Shown piece after piece: positions 28,105-41,612 of a stretch of 64,000 bases of DNA. Both the position numbers and the translations under genes were made by a program. The notes under the pieces were generated by a model. That model had not been told where the DNA came from. It worked only from the letters and a program-made list of their open reading frames with translations, and ran no database searches. The stretch comes from Octopus vulgaris (taxonomy: Eukaryota). The stretch is from assembly GCA_951406725.2 (NCBI GenBank), contig OX597830.1, positions 5,332,001 to 5,396,000 of the forward strand, read 5' to 3'. Every line of letters starts with the position of its first letter. Within the stretch, counting starts at the first letter, position 1.

Positions 28105-28195
<91 letters not shown>

Positions 28196-28214
28196 CTCTC
28201 TCTATATATATATG

Positions 28215-28273
<59 letters not shown>

Positions 28274-28275
28274 CT
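28105..28275. repeat. (TCTA)n/(TCTG)n microsatellite
   Basis: Directly visible. Confidence 0.95.
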
Positions 28276-28306
28276 TTCTACCTGCATTTTCATCTATCAA
28301 TTTCTA

Positions 28307-28345
<39 letters not shown>

Positions 28346-28744
28346 TAATTATATTAAGGGTTATTACTATAAGTAACACCTCACGCTGTAATGGGTCTCT
28401 AAAGTCAAACTACTTCAATAAATATACACACTGGCACCGAAAGCAAGGGAATGAAAAAAAGGTTTAGTCTCATATCATTAAGGATTTCATGGTCAGCACG
28501 TATAGCATACTCCCCCAATCATCGGTACGACATAACCAGCTACTTGATAAACCTTTCATAGATTTCGTCTTTATATTTTACTTAAAAATTAAACCGGAAT
28601 ATATTCAGTGCTGAATTGTTCCGAGTATACACGTGCGGCCGAGATGAACATGAGAAGCCCCCTTTGTCATGGATGTACAAGTGTGAACATTTGTATTTGC
28701 TCTGCTTGATGCGATGTTATTCGCTTGGTATGTAGAGATGTCTA

Positions 28745-28975
28745 GGCGGCGAACTGGCAGAAACGTTAGCACGCCGGATGAAATACTTTGCGGTTTTTCG
28801 CCTGTCGTTACGTTGTGAGTTCAAATTCCGCCGAGGTTGATTTTGCCTTTCATCCTTTCGGGGTCGATAAATTAAGTACCAGTTCCGCACTGGGGTCGAT
28901 GTAATCGACTTAATACCTATGTCTGTCCTTGTTTGTCCCCTCTATGTTTAGCCCCTTGTGGGTAATAAAGAAATA
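28745..28975 (+). mobile_element. Intact SINE family A copy with perfect 18-bp TSD
   Basis: A box ctggcagaaacgttag, B box gagttcaaattc, central gccttt-catcctttcggggtcgataaattaagtaccag (resembles Meta-SINE domain); TSD ggtatgtagagatgtcta at 28727-28744 and 28976-28993. Confidence 0.95.
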
Positions 28976-29044
28976 GGTATGTAGAGATGTCTATATTTAT
29001 ATTTTTTGGTTCTGTCGTACTGATGATTAGAGAAACATATTATA

Positions 29045-29494
29045 CGAGCTGACTATGAAATCACAGAGATGTGAGTTCGAGTCTCATGACTGGCCACCGA
29101 CAGATTTTTCTGCAAAATATGGATAGATTATCCTGTTCATGCTATATTATTAGCATTATCCTGCGTTTGAGAATAAAATTATTTCCTTATTTGTATCTTT
29201 CAATACATCTCAGCGCTTCTAATGCAAACTTTGTTTGTTGACTTTCAATGTAAGCTGAATTTAACGTACGATAGCGTCTTATAAAGCTAGATTTATATAT
29301 CCTAAATTTGCAGAAGAATTTGTCGTTCGGACAGTTTAGCTTAACGGTAAAGCACTTGACGAGTTATCACAGGTATTTGAGTTCGAGATTCATGGCTGGC
29401 CTCGGACAGATTTTTTCTGCAAAATATGGATGGTTTATCCTGTTCATGCTATGTTATTAGCATTATCTTCCGTTTAAGAATAACATTATTTCCT

Positions 29495-29498
<4 letters not shown>
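29045..29498 (+). mobile_element. Two nearby copies of a short tRNA-like SINE (family E): 29045-29190 and 29330-29498
   Basis: Both share gagttcgag.(c/t)tcatg.ctggcc..cagattttt-ctgcaaaatatggat...tatcctgttcatgcta..ttattagcattatc; second has A box tagcttaacggtaaagc. Confidence 0.75.
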
Positions 29499-29540
<42 letters not shown>

Positions 29541-31020
29541 CATATATATATATATATATAGATATAAGACGGTAACTCTGAATTCAAATCCTTCACTACT
29601 GTACTCACACACACACACATATATATATATGTATATATACGCGTGTCTGTGTGCGTATCTGTTGCTGATGCACCTGCAGCATTCGACGATAAAGATTCGG
29701 TTGTCCGAACAACTAAATTATCTCCTCCTCGATAAACTGTCGGAATATTCGAGATTTCTCAATCCAAAACCTGGATATTTTTAGAGGGTCGCACAAAAAA
29801 AAAAAAAAAGAAAGCACAAGTCAGTTAAAGAAAAATTCCTTCAATCTATAGAAGGAAGAGCGTCAAGGGCCGCTGGAAGGATGCTTTGAGCATGCAGCCC
29901 TGGGAGCTACTTTTAAGAATTGTTGTTCCAGAGAAACATGTATGTTAACATAATTTAAAACTAACTATAGTTTGACATCATGGGTAGCAGGACTGTGCCG
30001 TGTTAATTACTGGTACAGTTCACAATGAAGTAAATTTTCGAGTAAGGAAGCACTCTTTTATGTGATACACATCTTCAATACTTTTCCTTTTTCTGGAATT
30101 GTCTGATGTCTTGCATTAATTCGTGGCTTGCAATACAAACAGAAAATGAATCGATGATATCGTTGCATTTGTTATCCCCTTCAGATGGGAGGTCAGACAC
30201 AAATGTTTGAGGATAATTAGTCATGGATAGAAACAGTGTAAGGACCCGTTACCTGGACAGTAACACTCCTCAGGAGCGATTCTGACTCCATGCGTTGCCA
30301 CTACCACCAGATCCTTGGATGTCTTTTGTAGAGTAGCATAGTCCATTCTGTTACATAAATGTCACATCTCCTCTCTGTAGCTAGCTTTCGCTCACTTCCA
30401 TTCATTGTCCTAAAACTGTCTTATGGTTTCTGTCCTTACTATTCCGTATAAATGATTAAAAATATATGAATAAGAGGTTAAGCGACAACGCAGAGAAACT
30501 TGTTCATTGTTTTAGACAGAAACAATGAAAGATGGAACTGTGACAGGAAAAGCTAAAATCAAATACAATTTATTGACGTAACATACTTTTCTCCAACATG
30601 CCAATTGTGTAAACTTGCAGATCTTGCCTTGTAATATTCTTGTAAGACATTAATTAAATTAGATTCTCAGTTGCCACTGATATACAACAGAGAGCAGGTT
30701 TCTTCCTCTGCCATCATCTAATATCATATATTGAAATATGAAATAAATCGAAGAACTTTAGGCAGAAAATTCTAGCAAAATATAGGAATGGATCTGCCAG
30801 TAATTCTATCTGGCAAATAAATTGTATATTGCATTATACTGTGTGTGTATGCGGATGTGGGTATGTGTGTGTGTGAGTGTATGTGCGCAGCCGCTTGTTT
30901 GTATGTGTTTGTGTGTGTTTTTTTTGCGTTTGGGTGCGTGTGCATCCATATTTCTAAATATGGTTATGTGGTGTATCTGAACATAAATATGAATGTGTTT
31001 ATGTGTGCGAATCTGTGAAT

Positions 31021-31058
<38 letters not shown>

Positions 31059-31232
31059 TATAAGTGCATGCGTATGTATGCGTGTACCTGTTACTGTGTG
31101 TGTGTGTCCGTATTTGTGCATGCGTGTGCGAAAATCACGGAATCTTTACAATTGCATTTTGGGTTTCGCCATACCGGTGCATATAGAGATGCACATACGC
31201 ATACAAACAGGCACAGACGCACACACATGAAG

Positions 31233-31298
<66 letters not shown>

Positions 31299-31632
31299 GG
31301 AAACGTGTGTGTACATGTATGTGAATGTGAATATATATACATATATTTTTATACATGAAACCTTAAAAACATACACTCACATATATGAATGTGTGTATAT
31401 GTACTCATATGTGAATGCACGCAATCTCATACACATGTGTAGCAGAAGGCACAATAACACAACATTCTGATCCAATAAACGCTTGTCCGTTTGATCTACC
31501 CAATGTATTTAAACTAGAATGAGATATTCCTAACTTTTGCAATGTTCCATAGCTTGCGGGAAAATATTTTCTAGCATGTTGCTCCCCATGTTTGTGTTTA
31601 CACACAGACACACACGTACACGTACGCATGTG

Positions 31633-31769
<137 letters not shown>

Positions 31770-31843
31770 TATATATATATATACATATGTATGTATATCT
31801 ATATGTATATATATATATGTAAATATATATGTATGTATGTGTG

Positions 31844-31893
<50 letters not shown>

Positions 31894-31898
31894 TCACA

Positions 31899-33117
31899 CA
31901 GCGGTTTGACAAAATAATAGAAACATCATTATTATTTACCTATTTTCCTATTGGTACCAATTCAGAACTGTTCCTTATATCTGTGTTCATATGCATTTTG
32001 TGTGCCTGGTATTACATGAAATAGCTCGCTCTATTTTGCGTTTCTTTTTTTCTTTTTTTGCATATATTTATGTTTAAATAAGTTAAGACGTATGGCGTAT
32101 CTAATTTCTTGAGAGGACGAATTGCTGGCGCATGGGTGAGTGGGGTTTACTCACAGAAACTGGTGAATTTCTTTTATGTTTCGGAAGGCACAGCCTCTGA
32201 AACCAAGTTGGCATTCTAAAACGAAAGTAAAACCATCTCTGGTAAGCACAATTCTAGGTGGAAGGCAACTGTCACAGAGAGTGTCGGCAGGATAGTCAAA
32301 TGTACTTTGTCTAAAAACCATAAGAGGACGGCAGCAAAAGTGAGAGCAAATCTAAAACATCACCTTTTGTCAACGAAGATCGTTCCTCTTAAGCCCCATA
32401 AAGCTGAATACCAAAACAGGGCTGCAATTACTAAACCTCTTCCGTCCCCAATATTATTAAGCAGAAAAAAGACTAAAGACAATCTAATCTTCTCCAGTGA
32501 ACCATCTTTTCCCACTTTTCCCATTTCGTGTCGAGTTTATGTCAAGAGACAGCCCCCAAAAGCCTTCAATCCTGACACTTTGGCTCCATCTGTGAAACAT
32601 TGAAACGGTTTTGTGCTAATTTGGGCAACCAAATGGAATACTTTTAGCCTTTTAGTTGTTCTAATTTGCAGAGTTAACGCAAAAGATTACACGAGTATTT
32701 TGGCTCGATCATGACTATTCTACGGCACATTATTCCCTGATTGTAGTGCAGTCACCCAGGACAAAAATGTACCGCTTCACGGGGCTAGATCTAACCAGAA
32801 TTGATAAGAAAGGGACAAAAGAGAAGGAAGCCACTTTGATTAGCCCCTACAGTTACCGCATCTCAATACAATCGAACATTTATAATGTCTTCTGAAGCAG
32901 CGGGGAACCTTTTCTTTCCGTCATCGCCAGTGAAAGAAGTAAGATTGGTTATGTTTGAAGAATGGCTAAGAATTCCCCTAACAACCATTCAGAACCTATA
33001 CGAGTCAATTCCCTGACGTATTAGAAATGTGATTGATGCCAAAGGTGGAGCATCTCCGGATAAAATATATAAAACTGCCATTTAACAAGGTATTTCCATT
33101 ATTTTGTTCAACAACTA
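31899..33117 (+). mobile_element. Near full-length decayed Tc1-family DNA transposon
   Basis: 27-bp imperfect TIRs (cagcggtttgacaaaataatagaaaca / tatttccattattttgttcaacaacta); peptides KNHKRTAAKV, RAAITKPL, IFSSEPSF, AFNPDTLAPSVKH, QDKNVPLH, PLQLPHLNTIEHL, LYESIP..VIDAKGG fit Tc1 DD34E transposase with stops and frameshifts. Confidence 0.9.
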
Positions 33118-33121
33118 TAAA

Positions 33122-33170
<49 letters not shown>

Positions 33171-33644
33171 AGAGAGAGAGAGAAAGAGAGAGATGCTTGT
33201 ACGATTATGCTAGTCTGTTTGTATGCGCGTATATATTGTTTGTATGTACGTATCTATCTACCTATCTATCTTTACACACACACACACATACATACACACA
33301 CGAGCAAAAAGAGACGCAAATACACACATGCGTACATACATTCTCAGTCACACGCTCACTCACACACCCATACACATATATAGCGGAAGTTAGTTTAGTT
33401 CTCCAAATTGCTTCAGCCATCAATGTCAAGACCAAGCTGGAGTAATGTCTTCAGTTCTGACTGGTTAAGAGAAATAGATAACCTTATTTTATTTTGGTCA
33501 TTGCTATAATATTCATCTTTGAATTCCTTTACAGATTCCATTTCTTTCCCCCCTCTCCCCCTGCTCCTCCTCCTCCACCTCCTCCTCATAATCATCATGA
33601 TCGTCACTGCCTTTAACCTGAGGATTCTCTTCTATAGAAGACAT

Positions 33645-33865
33645 TACGAGAGGGTGCTGAAAGGTTCCTGGCTTTGGGTAAAAGAAAATATGGGTGGATC
33701 AGTTAATTATGATTTTATTCAACATATTCTTCCCCTCTCGGATTCACACACTTATTGCTGTTGTTCGTCAGTTTTTCTAAGTCTTCTAAAAGAACTCGAA
33801 ATGTCGGGCCACCAACCAGGCCTTTCGCGACACCCTCAAAGCCAGGAACCTTTCAGCGAGATCCC
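33645..33865. mobile_element. Mariner-derived MITE (about 220 bp)
   Basis: Perfect 21-bp inverted repeat gctgaaaggttcctggctttg (33656-33676 / 33837-33857); begins TAcgag; second copy at window start. Confidence 0.85.
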
Positions 33866-34089
33866 ACCTCTCATCTCTCATATGATCAAGGATGATGGAT
33901 AACTTCCAAAAGTTATTGAGATTGTTGAGCAGCAGGAAAAAAAGCTCTTTGTTGGTTTAGGATGAACTCCGGCTTCTTGTGTGATTATTCCCCGGTAGAT
34001 ATGTGTCTGTGAAAATGATTATATCTGTTAACATCGCTAGTCACAATGTGCTTTCTTAAATATTTCTTTTTTACTTTCAAGCTCCGTCC

Positions 34090-34312
34090 CCCCGCTGGCT
34101 AGGTGGACCAGCCTGCGGCATATAAGAGATCGAGATCTCGACATTCTTTGCTAAACGAGCCACCAGTTCGTCTCATGGATACTTACAGTTGAGTGGACTG
34201 AGACAAAGCAAAATGAAATATTTTGCTAACGATCACAACGCCCCTCCGGGTCCGAGAATGGAAACCGCGATCTTGCGATCGTGAGTAGCACACTCTCACC
34301 ACCAGGTCACGT
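34090..34312 (-). mobile_element. SINE family C
   Basis: cagttgagtggactg...gaaaccgcgatcttgcgatcgtgagtagcacactctcaccaccaggtcacg is a reversed tRNA head and CORE-like body. Confidence 0.7.
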
Positions 34313-34926
34313 GTGATCGTGTATGTATTTGAAAGCAAATAGGCAATATGCTGATGGCCCCTAAACTAATTCAACGGGTTAGACTATAATTTCTTTGAAC
34401 TGGAGTAATTGAATATAACAGTTAAAAAAAGAGGTTTATCACATTAATATTCATAAGATATCCTTTGCGATATGAATTATTAATTTTCATTTCAGATGAA
34501 ATCCTAGATTTCGAATTAGATTTGGATTTGATGTTTTTCTAAAAACAAAAATTGCACACACACACACACACACACACACACGTAGGCACACACGCACGCA
34601 CACACGCGCGCGCACAAACACAAGTATTGAACTACATACAGTCTTACAAATTATATGAATATATGTATGTATGCATGTATGCGTCTATCTATCTATATAT
34701 CTGTGTGTGTGTTGGTTTTTCTCTCAAGTTATACATATAAATTATTGAGCATTAAACTAAAGGAATATTTAATACATTTCTACACTGCATACTTATTAAA
34801 TTCTTTATTAACATTTACAAGGAACATATTGATAGTGATTTCGAAGTTTCGGCTTGCATGTCTTGATAAGACAATTAAATGAAAGTGAACTTACATTCAT
34901 AATTTTCTTTCTCAAAGCAATTTATA

Positions 34927-34957
<31 letters not shown>

Positions 34958-34958
<1 letters not shown>

Positions 34959-35235
34959 AATCTTAGGGTAGCAAGGATATTCATCGAAAAATTCTTAGTG
35001 ACCAGTGGTCTAGCGAGAAAAAAAAATGAGTCAATAGACTATACATTATTCAGAGAAGAATACAGTGTACGTTCAAACAGAAAAGAGATACCCGAAGAAT
35101 AAGATATATGACTCACTAGAAAGAGCAGTTAAAACTCCAAACCACCAATTGTTGTAATTCCGAAAGTGATTGAAAAATATTCTACGTAATTACAACAATT
35201 GGTGGTTTGGAGTTTTAACTGCTCTTTCTAGTGAG

Positions 35236-35243
<8 letters not shown>
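34958..35243. mobile_element. (TA)n-embedded element H ending in perfect 56-bp fold-back hairpin
   Basis: Arms 35104-35159 and 35188-35243 are exact reverse complements; leader tagggtagcaa...ccagtggtctagcgagaaa...gtca.tagactata homologous to reverse complement of 53428-53510. Confidence 0.8.
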
Positions 35244-35300
<57 letters not shown>

Positions 35301-35838
35301 CGTTATTAACCGTGAACGATTCACTCATATAGGCGCATGTTGCATTCATGAGAGCGTACTCGGCGTCTATATGAGTGGTTCTCTCAAGGCTAAGAACGCA
35401 GTATTTGGCGTTCTAGCAATTCATCCACGTTATGTTGGATATAAGGATTGCTTTTTGGTAGCCATACTTCTTACGTCGTTAATATGTATGTATGAGTGTA
35501 TGTATGTATGTATGTATGTATGTATCTATCTATCTATCTATCTGTGTATATATATATATGTATGTATGTGTGTGTGTGTGTCTGTGTGTATCTGTGTGTG
35601 CCCGTTCGTCCGTCGTTCTCGACGATGACCAAAGACTTCACTTCGGGGAACACGTGGTACGGTATGACCGGATGTGGACGATCATGTACATCTATACATG
35701 CACACACACACTCACACCCACAGACACACATGCATACACACACTCATGTACATACACACACAGGCATGTTTACCTGTGTTTGTAGGTATATCTCTGTAAA
35801 TCAATTGTCTTTACTTCCTTATAGACTATGTCTAGTTA

Positions 35839-36046
35839 AGACGGTAAGTTGGCATCAACGTTAGCATGTCGGACAAAATGCTTAGCGACATTCCGTCCGT
35901 CTTTACGGTCTGAGTTCAAATTCCACCGAGGTTGGCATTGCTTTTTATCCTTTCGGGGGTCGTTAAAATACATAACGGTTGAACATCGGGAGTCGATGAA
36001 ATCGACTTGCTCTCGCTTCCAAAATTGCTGGCCTTGTGACCAATAT
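35839..36046 (+). mobile_element. SINE family A
   Basis: ttggcatcaacgttagcatg...ctgagttcaaattccaccgagg...aaaattgctggccttgtg. Confidence 0.88.
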
Positions 36047-37174
36047 GCGTATTCAGACATTGGTTAATAGAGATCGATAAAAAAAATAAAGTATTGGTTT
36101 GGGCATAAATGAAAATAAGCTATCAAGCCAATCGGAACTTTTGTCCTAATATCACCAGACATTCGAACGCGATGAGTATTCCCTGTTTCCTCATTTATCA
36201 TTTATTTTTGGCTGGATCTGACTTTCTGTAAAATAATCCAAACAATCAGTGTTCAGTCTTTGTTTCAGTTCCTGAAATTCTCACTCTCTTCACCTCATGT
36301 TTCCAAAGTTGAATGATGGGTTGGAAAAACTTTGGTTCTAGTAGAATAAGCACGTGACATCACAATTAGAAGAATAGCTGAAATAGTGGAAGATCTCTGT
36401 TGCAAACAATGGAATAACATCGATCTCTTCCTATGAAAATTTTTAAAGGATATGACTGGCGCTTGAAGAAGGCTGGAGTACACACAGAGGTCGAAACATT
36501 AGGATAATAGAATTGCAATGATGAAGGCTGCCTGAATATATCAGTGAATAACCAGCAACCAGCACCACTAGCACCACCACCAGCAGCAGCAGGCCGTCCA
36601 AGAATTTGGACCTGGAGATCTCGAGGGCCACTCCCAGTGGTGTCGGGCGTCAACGAAGAGCCCTCGACTGCAACAAGACGACCAGAGCTTTTTTTTCCAA
36701 GGTCTGGGGTCTCCCACCCCTAAGCCCTAGACCATTACCCTTACCCGTCTTGTGGCTTAACAACAACAACAACAACAACAGCAGCACTAGCACCACCATC
36801 GCCACCACCACCACCACCACCACAACAACAACAACAAAAATAATGAATGAATGAAAATTATTTTAGAATCCTCCCTGGCTTACCATCCATGCAGGAAGTG
36901 CAAAAGATTGTCTCAACTGGTTTCTCACACATATTGAGAAGAACATCGTCGCTGTGAATTTTCTTTCTTTCCCCACCCCTTTATTTCCTTCGTTTATTTT
37001 TTTACTTTTTATTTTTTCTCTCTGTCTGTCTTCCCCCCTTTTCTCTGTCATGTGACTTTGTAAATGAAAAACCTGGCGTGTTTATTTTAAGGGCCCAGTG
37101 CGTTTCTCTGCCCTGGGTGTCAAGAAGACACTCGGCAAGAAAGGGAAACAGAACTGAAAGAGGATGATAATGAA

Positions 37175-37316
37175 AATAATAATAACAATAACAACAACAA
37201 CAACAACAACAACAACAATAACAACAACAACAACAACAACAACAACAATAACAACAACAACAACAACAACAATAACAACAACAACAACAACAATAACAAC
37301 AACAACAACAACAACC
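37175..37316. repeat. (AAC/AAT)n microsatellite
   Basis: Directly visible. Confidence 0.96.
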
Positions 37317-37563
37317 ACGTCAATGACGATGATGATTATGTTGGAGGATTTGGTGGTGATTTATTAGATTCGCAACTAATAATAATATTGTTGTATATTG
37401 TGCGTGTGTGTGTATGCATATGTTAACACATATATACATAAATATACACATACACACATATATGTTTATATATACGTTTATACATACATACTTACATGCA
37501 TACATACATGCATACATACATACATACACATATATACACACATACATATATACATATATATAT

Positions 37564-37594
<31 letters not shown>

Positions 37595-38340
37595 CATATA
37601 TACGCAATTATATATATGTATGTATGTATGTGTGTGCATGTATGTATATGTGTATATAAAACAAAAAAAGTTATACATACGGAAATGGGTACGTGTTTAT
37701 CGATAGATAGCTGTAAACATTATAAACACCTATATTTATAGTACATACTCGCGCATGCAAGCACACACACACACACACCCATCAAATGATCGCACACAAG
37801 TATCTATCTCTTCGAGTTTGCTGACAGAACGTGTCAAGAGAAAAGCATTCTTTTCGTTTTAATTCGGTTTTATTTTGAATTTTGTGTATTTATTATGGTT
37901 TTATTTTTACGCATTTCCCTTCCTAGAAATTAGTCTTCCGAACTCTATCCTCGGTTCTCTCCATAGATTTATTCCTGTCTTTTGAAATATGGCAACTCTC
38001 CTTATATTTACGCTAATCTACTTCGTTTATAATACAAGTTTTCTGCCTTATATATAATTATATGTTTACTTTGTTTGATTTATTTAATAAATTTTGAAAG
38101 TGACTTTCGCGGTAGGAATTGGCAAGTCTTTGAAAATGTTCAATGAATTAATTTTGCGTATTTAAACACTCGAGTTTAGCGTGAAGAAAACGGAATATGC
38201 TTCCGTCAGTCTGTTATTGTTTGAGAAGAAAAACGAGCATAAAAAGAACCGAGTCTTCAATTGTTTAATAAATCAAATTTATGTGTTGATATATAGATGT
38301 GGAAATGCCTTATAAGTGTGTAGGGGGTACAGTATGTGTG

Positions 38341-38422
<82 letters not shown>

Positions 38423-38694
38423 TATATATATATGTATGTATGTATGTATGTGTACACATTTCCATGTGTGTAGGCACATGTGTTAAAAAAAAGAAAGCGC
38501 ATGATGAAGAGAAATATTTAAACCAATTCTCAAAATTTTATACTCAGCCTTGGTTCGTTAGATAAATAGATAAAAAGATTGTGAGATAGGTCGATAGAAG
38601 CCTATATAAACCAAGACACATATACAGAGACACTCATATATACAGACACATTTCCATCGACTCTATCTCTCGATCGATATTATTATTATTATTA

Positions 38695-38774
<80 letters not shown>

Positions 38775-39894
38775 TGTATTTCAATCAAACACTCTTGATA
38801 CTGACATCTTTACTAAGTACATTGCATATTCGTGCCAAAGCAATAATTAGAATATTTATTCAGAACCACGATTACTTCACCGTTAACACGGAACCGAATG
38901 AATAAATAAATAAATAACCGTTTTCCTGTTGGAGTATTCGACTGGAAGGTAGAAGACATCTCAATATTTGTTTTAGGTCAAAACAGGTTAACATGGATGT
39001 GTCACAGAAATACGATAGACTTTCCAAAAGCATTTGTTGAACATCCGTTCTGTTGCTCTCTAATTAAAAGTTTAAAGGCTACCATTTCGTACTGGCAATC
39101 TCAATTTAAAACAGCGAAAAATTTATTATATTCGCCGTTCTCTTCCCAAAAGAGTCATTGTTTAGTGCAATAATAATGGTGGTGCCTTGTATATAGCTGT
39201 TGCATGTGTTCATATTTCGAAATATTTCTTTAAAAGAATTTCATTGCAATTACATAATTACAGAATTCACTAACCATTCTGTGCGAGATTGAAATTCTTT
39301 GAGAACCAGGTAACTAATCATCTACGAAAATGGGGTTCTCTTGGTTTGAGAGGTGGTCTACGCTTTCTTGTAGTTTTAGATTGGAATTTTTGTCAGGTCA
39401 GAAATGGTTAGGAAAAGAATTATTAAACATGAAGGAAACATTGTTGAACCAAAGTCTGGAAGTAAATATGTCTGTGACAGCAAGTTCACATTGTTTGACT
39501 AGAGATCGAAGATATAACAAAACTATTCGATGACCTCTTAGTTATCCATCACACATCTGACATTAACTGATAATTCGATATATCGACCTACTTCTTTCCA
39601 CAGAAGTAAAAGATGAATTGAGTTGTTTCCTATTCCTTATTCCTATCTCACTCACCTTTCTTTGACGAGGCCATAACATTTTGACAAAGATGTTATTAAA
39701 ATAAGGTAGCACAGCTATCAAGACAAACCATCTAGGTGAAATGAGTATTGAACTATCAATCTATACCTGGTAGGTTCAAGTTTCATTGCCAACGTTTCTA
39801 TGTAGGTCGATTGTTATGCTTTTTTTTTTGAGGAAGAAGATTGTTTCCGTGATCTTCGTGTGGCCTCCAACACTTTTGTCATCGACACTCCATT

Positions 39895-40345
39895 TACCAG
39901 ATGGCATCAAAAAGTTTCCAGACTAGTTAGGTTCAATAAAAAATAACTTATTTACCTACGTTTTAACATCATCTCTTTCGAAATAATCACTTTGCGCAGC
40001 AATACACCGGTTCCACCGTTCCTGCCACTTTTGGAATCCAGCCTGGAAGTTGTTTTACTTAGGCGAGACAAAGACCGTCTGCGATTCGCTTTGGATCTTT
40101 TCCAATGGTATTAAAACGGTGACCTGCGAGCAGCATTTTTCATCTTGGAGAAGAGATGGAAACCTGCGGTTGCTAAATCTCGCGAATATGGGGGTGGGTG
40201 CTGAAGCGATGGCACGGTGATTCTAGTGAGAAACTAATAAGCGAGGAGAGCTTGATGAAGAATCTAATTCTTTGCGCTCTACAGACCCGGTCACTTTCGC
40301 CAAATGACCCTACCTCTAACGCTTAAAACCGCCGTAGTAGAACTC
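39895..40345 (-). mobile_element. Mariner transposase C-terminal relic plus TIR
   Basis: Minus strand PPYSRDLATAGFHLFSKMK ... FQAGFQKWQERWNRCIAAQSDYFERD. Confidence 0.88.
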
Positions 40346-40605
40346 TCATGCACAATATCATATTTCTGGGGGCGGGGTGTCGTACGTGGCAGTTCTTCCA
40401 GATCGTTCATTGTCTTTAAGGAGTACAAGTTGTCAATATATTAGAGATTTAACCGTTGTGATGGAGAGCGGGAGGAATACACTTTTCCCACCGTAGGAAA
40501 TATCAAATGATATTACACAGGTACAAGAATTAGACTTTAACGATTTAAAAAAGAAAATCACGATGACTGAGTACTAATGAAACGAATAATTAATTAAAAG
40601 TAAAT

Positions 40606-40787
40606 AGGCGCTGGCATGGCTGTGTGGTAAGAAGTTTGCTTCCTAACCATATGATCCTGGGTTCAGTCCTACTGCGTGGCACCTTGGGCAAGTGTCTTCT
40701 TCTATAGCCTTGGGCCGACCAAAGCCTTGTGAGTGGATTTAGCAGATGGAAACTGAAAGAGGCCTGTCGTATACATACATACATAAT

Positions 40788-40839
<52 letters not shown>

Positions 40840-41376
40840 GACCCTGCAAAACTCTATATAAATTCCCTACTGTGAATGACCAAGTTTAAAAATCTACTGA
40901 ATCTCACTCCTAAAGGAATCTTACATTGCTTATAAACTCTATGTTTGGAAGGACTCATTTTAAACTCTGTTGGACTTTTGGTTTTCACTCATAGGATATT
41001 GGAATATTGCATATATACCATTATGCCTATAAAACGGATTTACAACTTCAATACCCATACATATCTTACATCAATTTTCTTTCCTTCACCTCACTCTCTA
41101 TTTTGTATCACATCTAAACTAACTATGACTTAATTTTCCTCTCACACCGTCTCCGATGAAGAGATATTATTAATTGATATCCTAGAAATCGGTGTAAGAC
41201 CTATCTATACATGCTCTAATATCTATACAAACTTGATTTTTTAAAATCTTATTACGCAAAAAATTCTTATATATATATATATATAATTTCAACAATTGAG
41301 GGTAAAATTAATTAATTAATCAATTTCACCAAGTATTCAGTATGCAAAGGGACCATTTAAGGCGAATAAGCCCTTT

Positions 41377-41415
<39 letters not shown>

Positions 41416-41612
41416 GGTGTGTATTTGTGTTTTTCCACCCACCATCGCTTGGTGTGTTTACATTCCCATAACTTAGCGGTTCAGCAAAAGAATCGATAAA
41501 ATAAGTACGAGTCTTACAAAGAATGAGTCCTGGGTTCGATTTGTTCAAGCAAAGGTGGTGCTCCAGCATGACTGCAATCAAATGACTGAAACGAATAAAA
41601 GAAATAAAGAAA
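40606..41612 (+). mobile_element. SINE family B split by insertions into its internal microsatellite (5' half 40606-40770, 3' half 41425-41612)
   Basis: Both halves collinear with 26956-27434, separated by (TA)n-flanked inserts. Confidence 0.85.
40838..41275 (+). mobile_element. PLE-like 3' fragment (family P2) with hammerhead-like motif
   Basis: Decayed PCKL..KNLLN..ILHC resembles the end of some PLE ORFs; gtct-CCGATGA-a-stemII-a-GAAA..GTA-agac at 41149-41200; homologous to 43897-44126. Confidence 0.65.
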
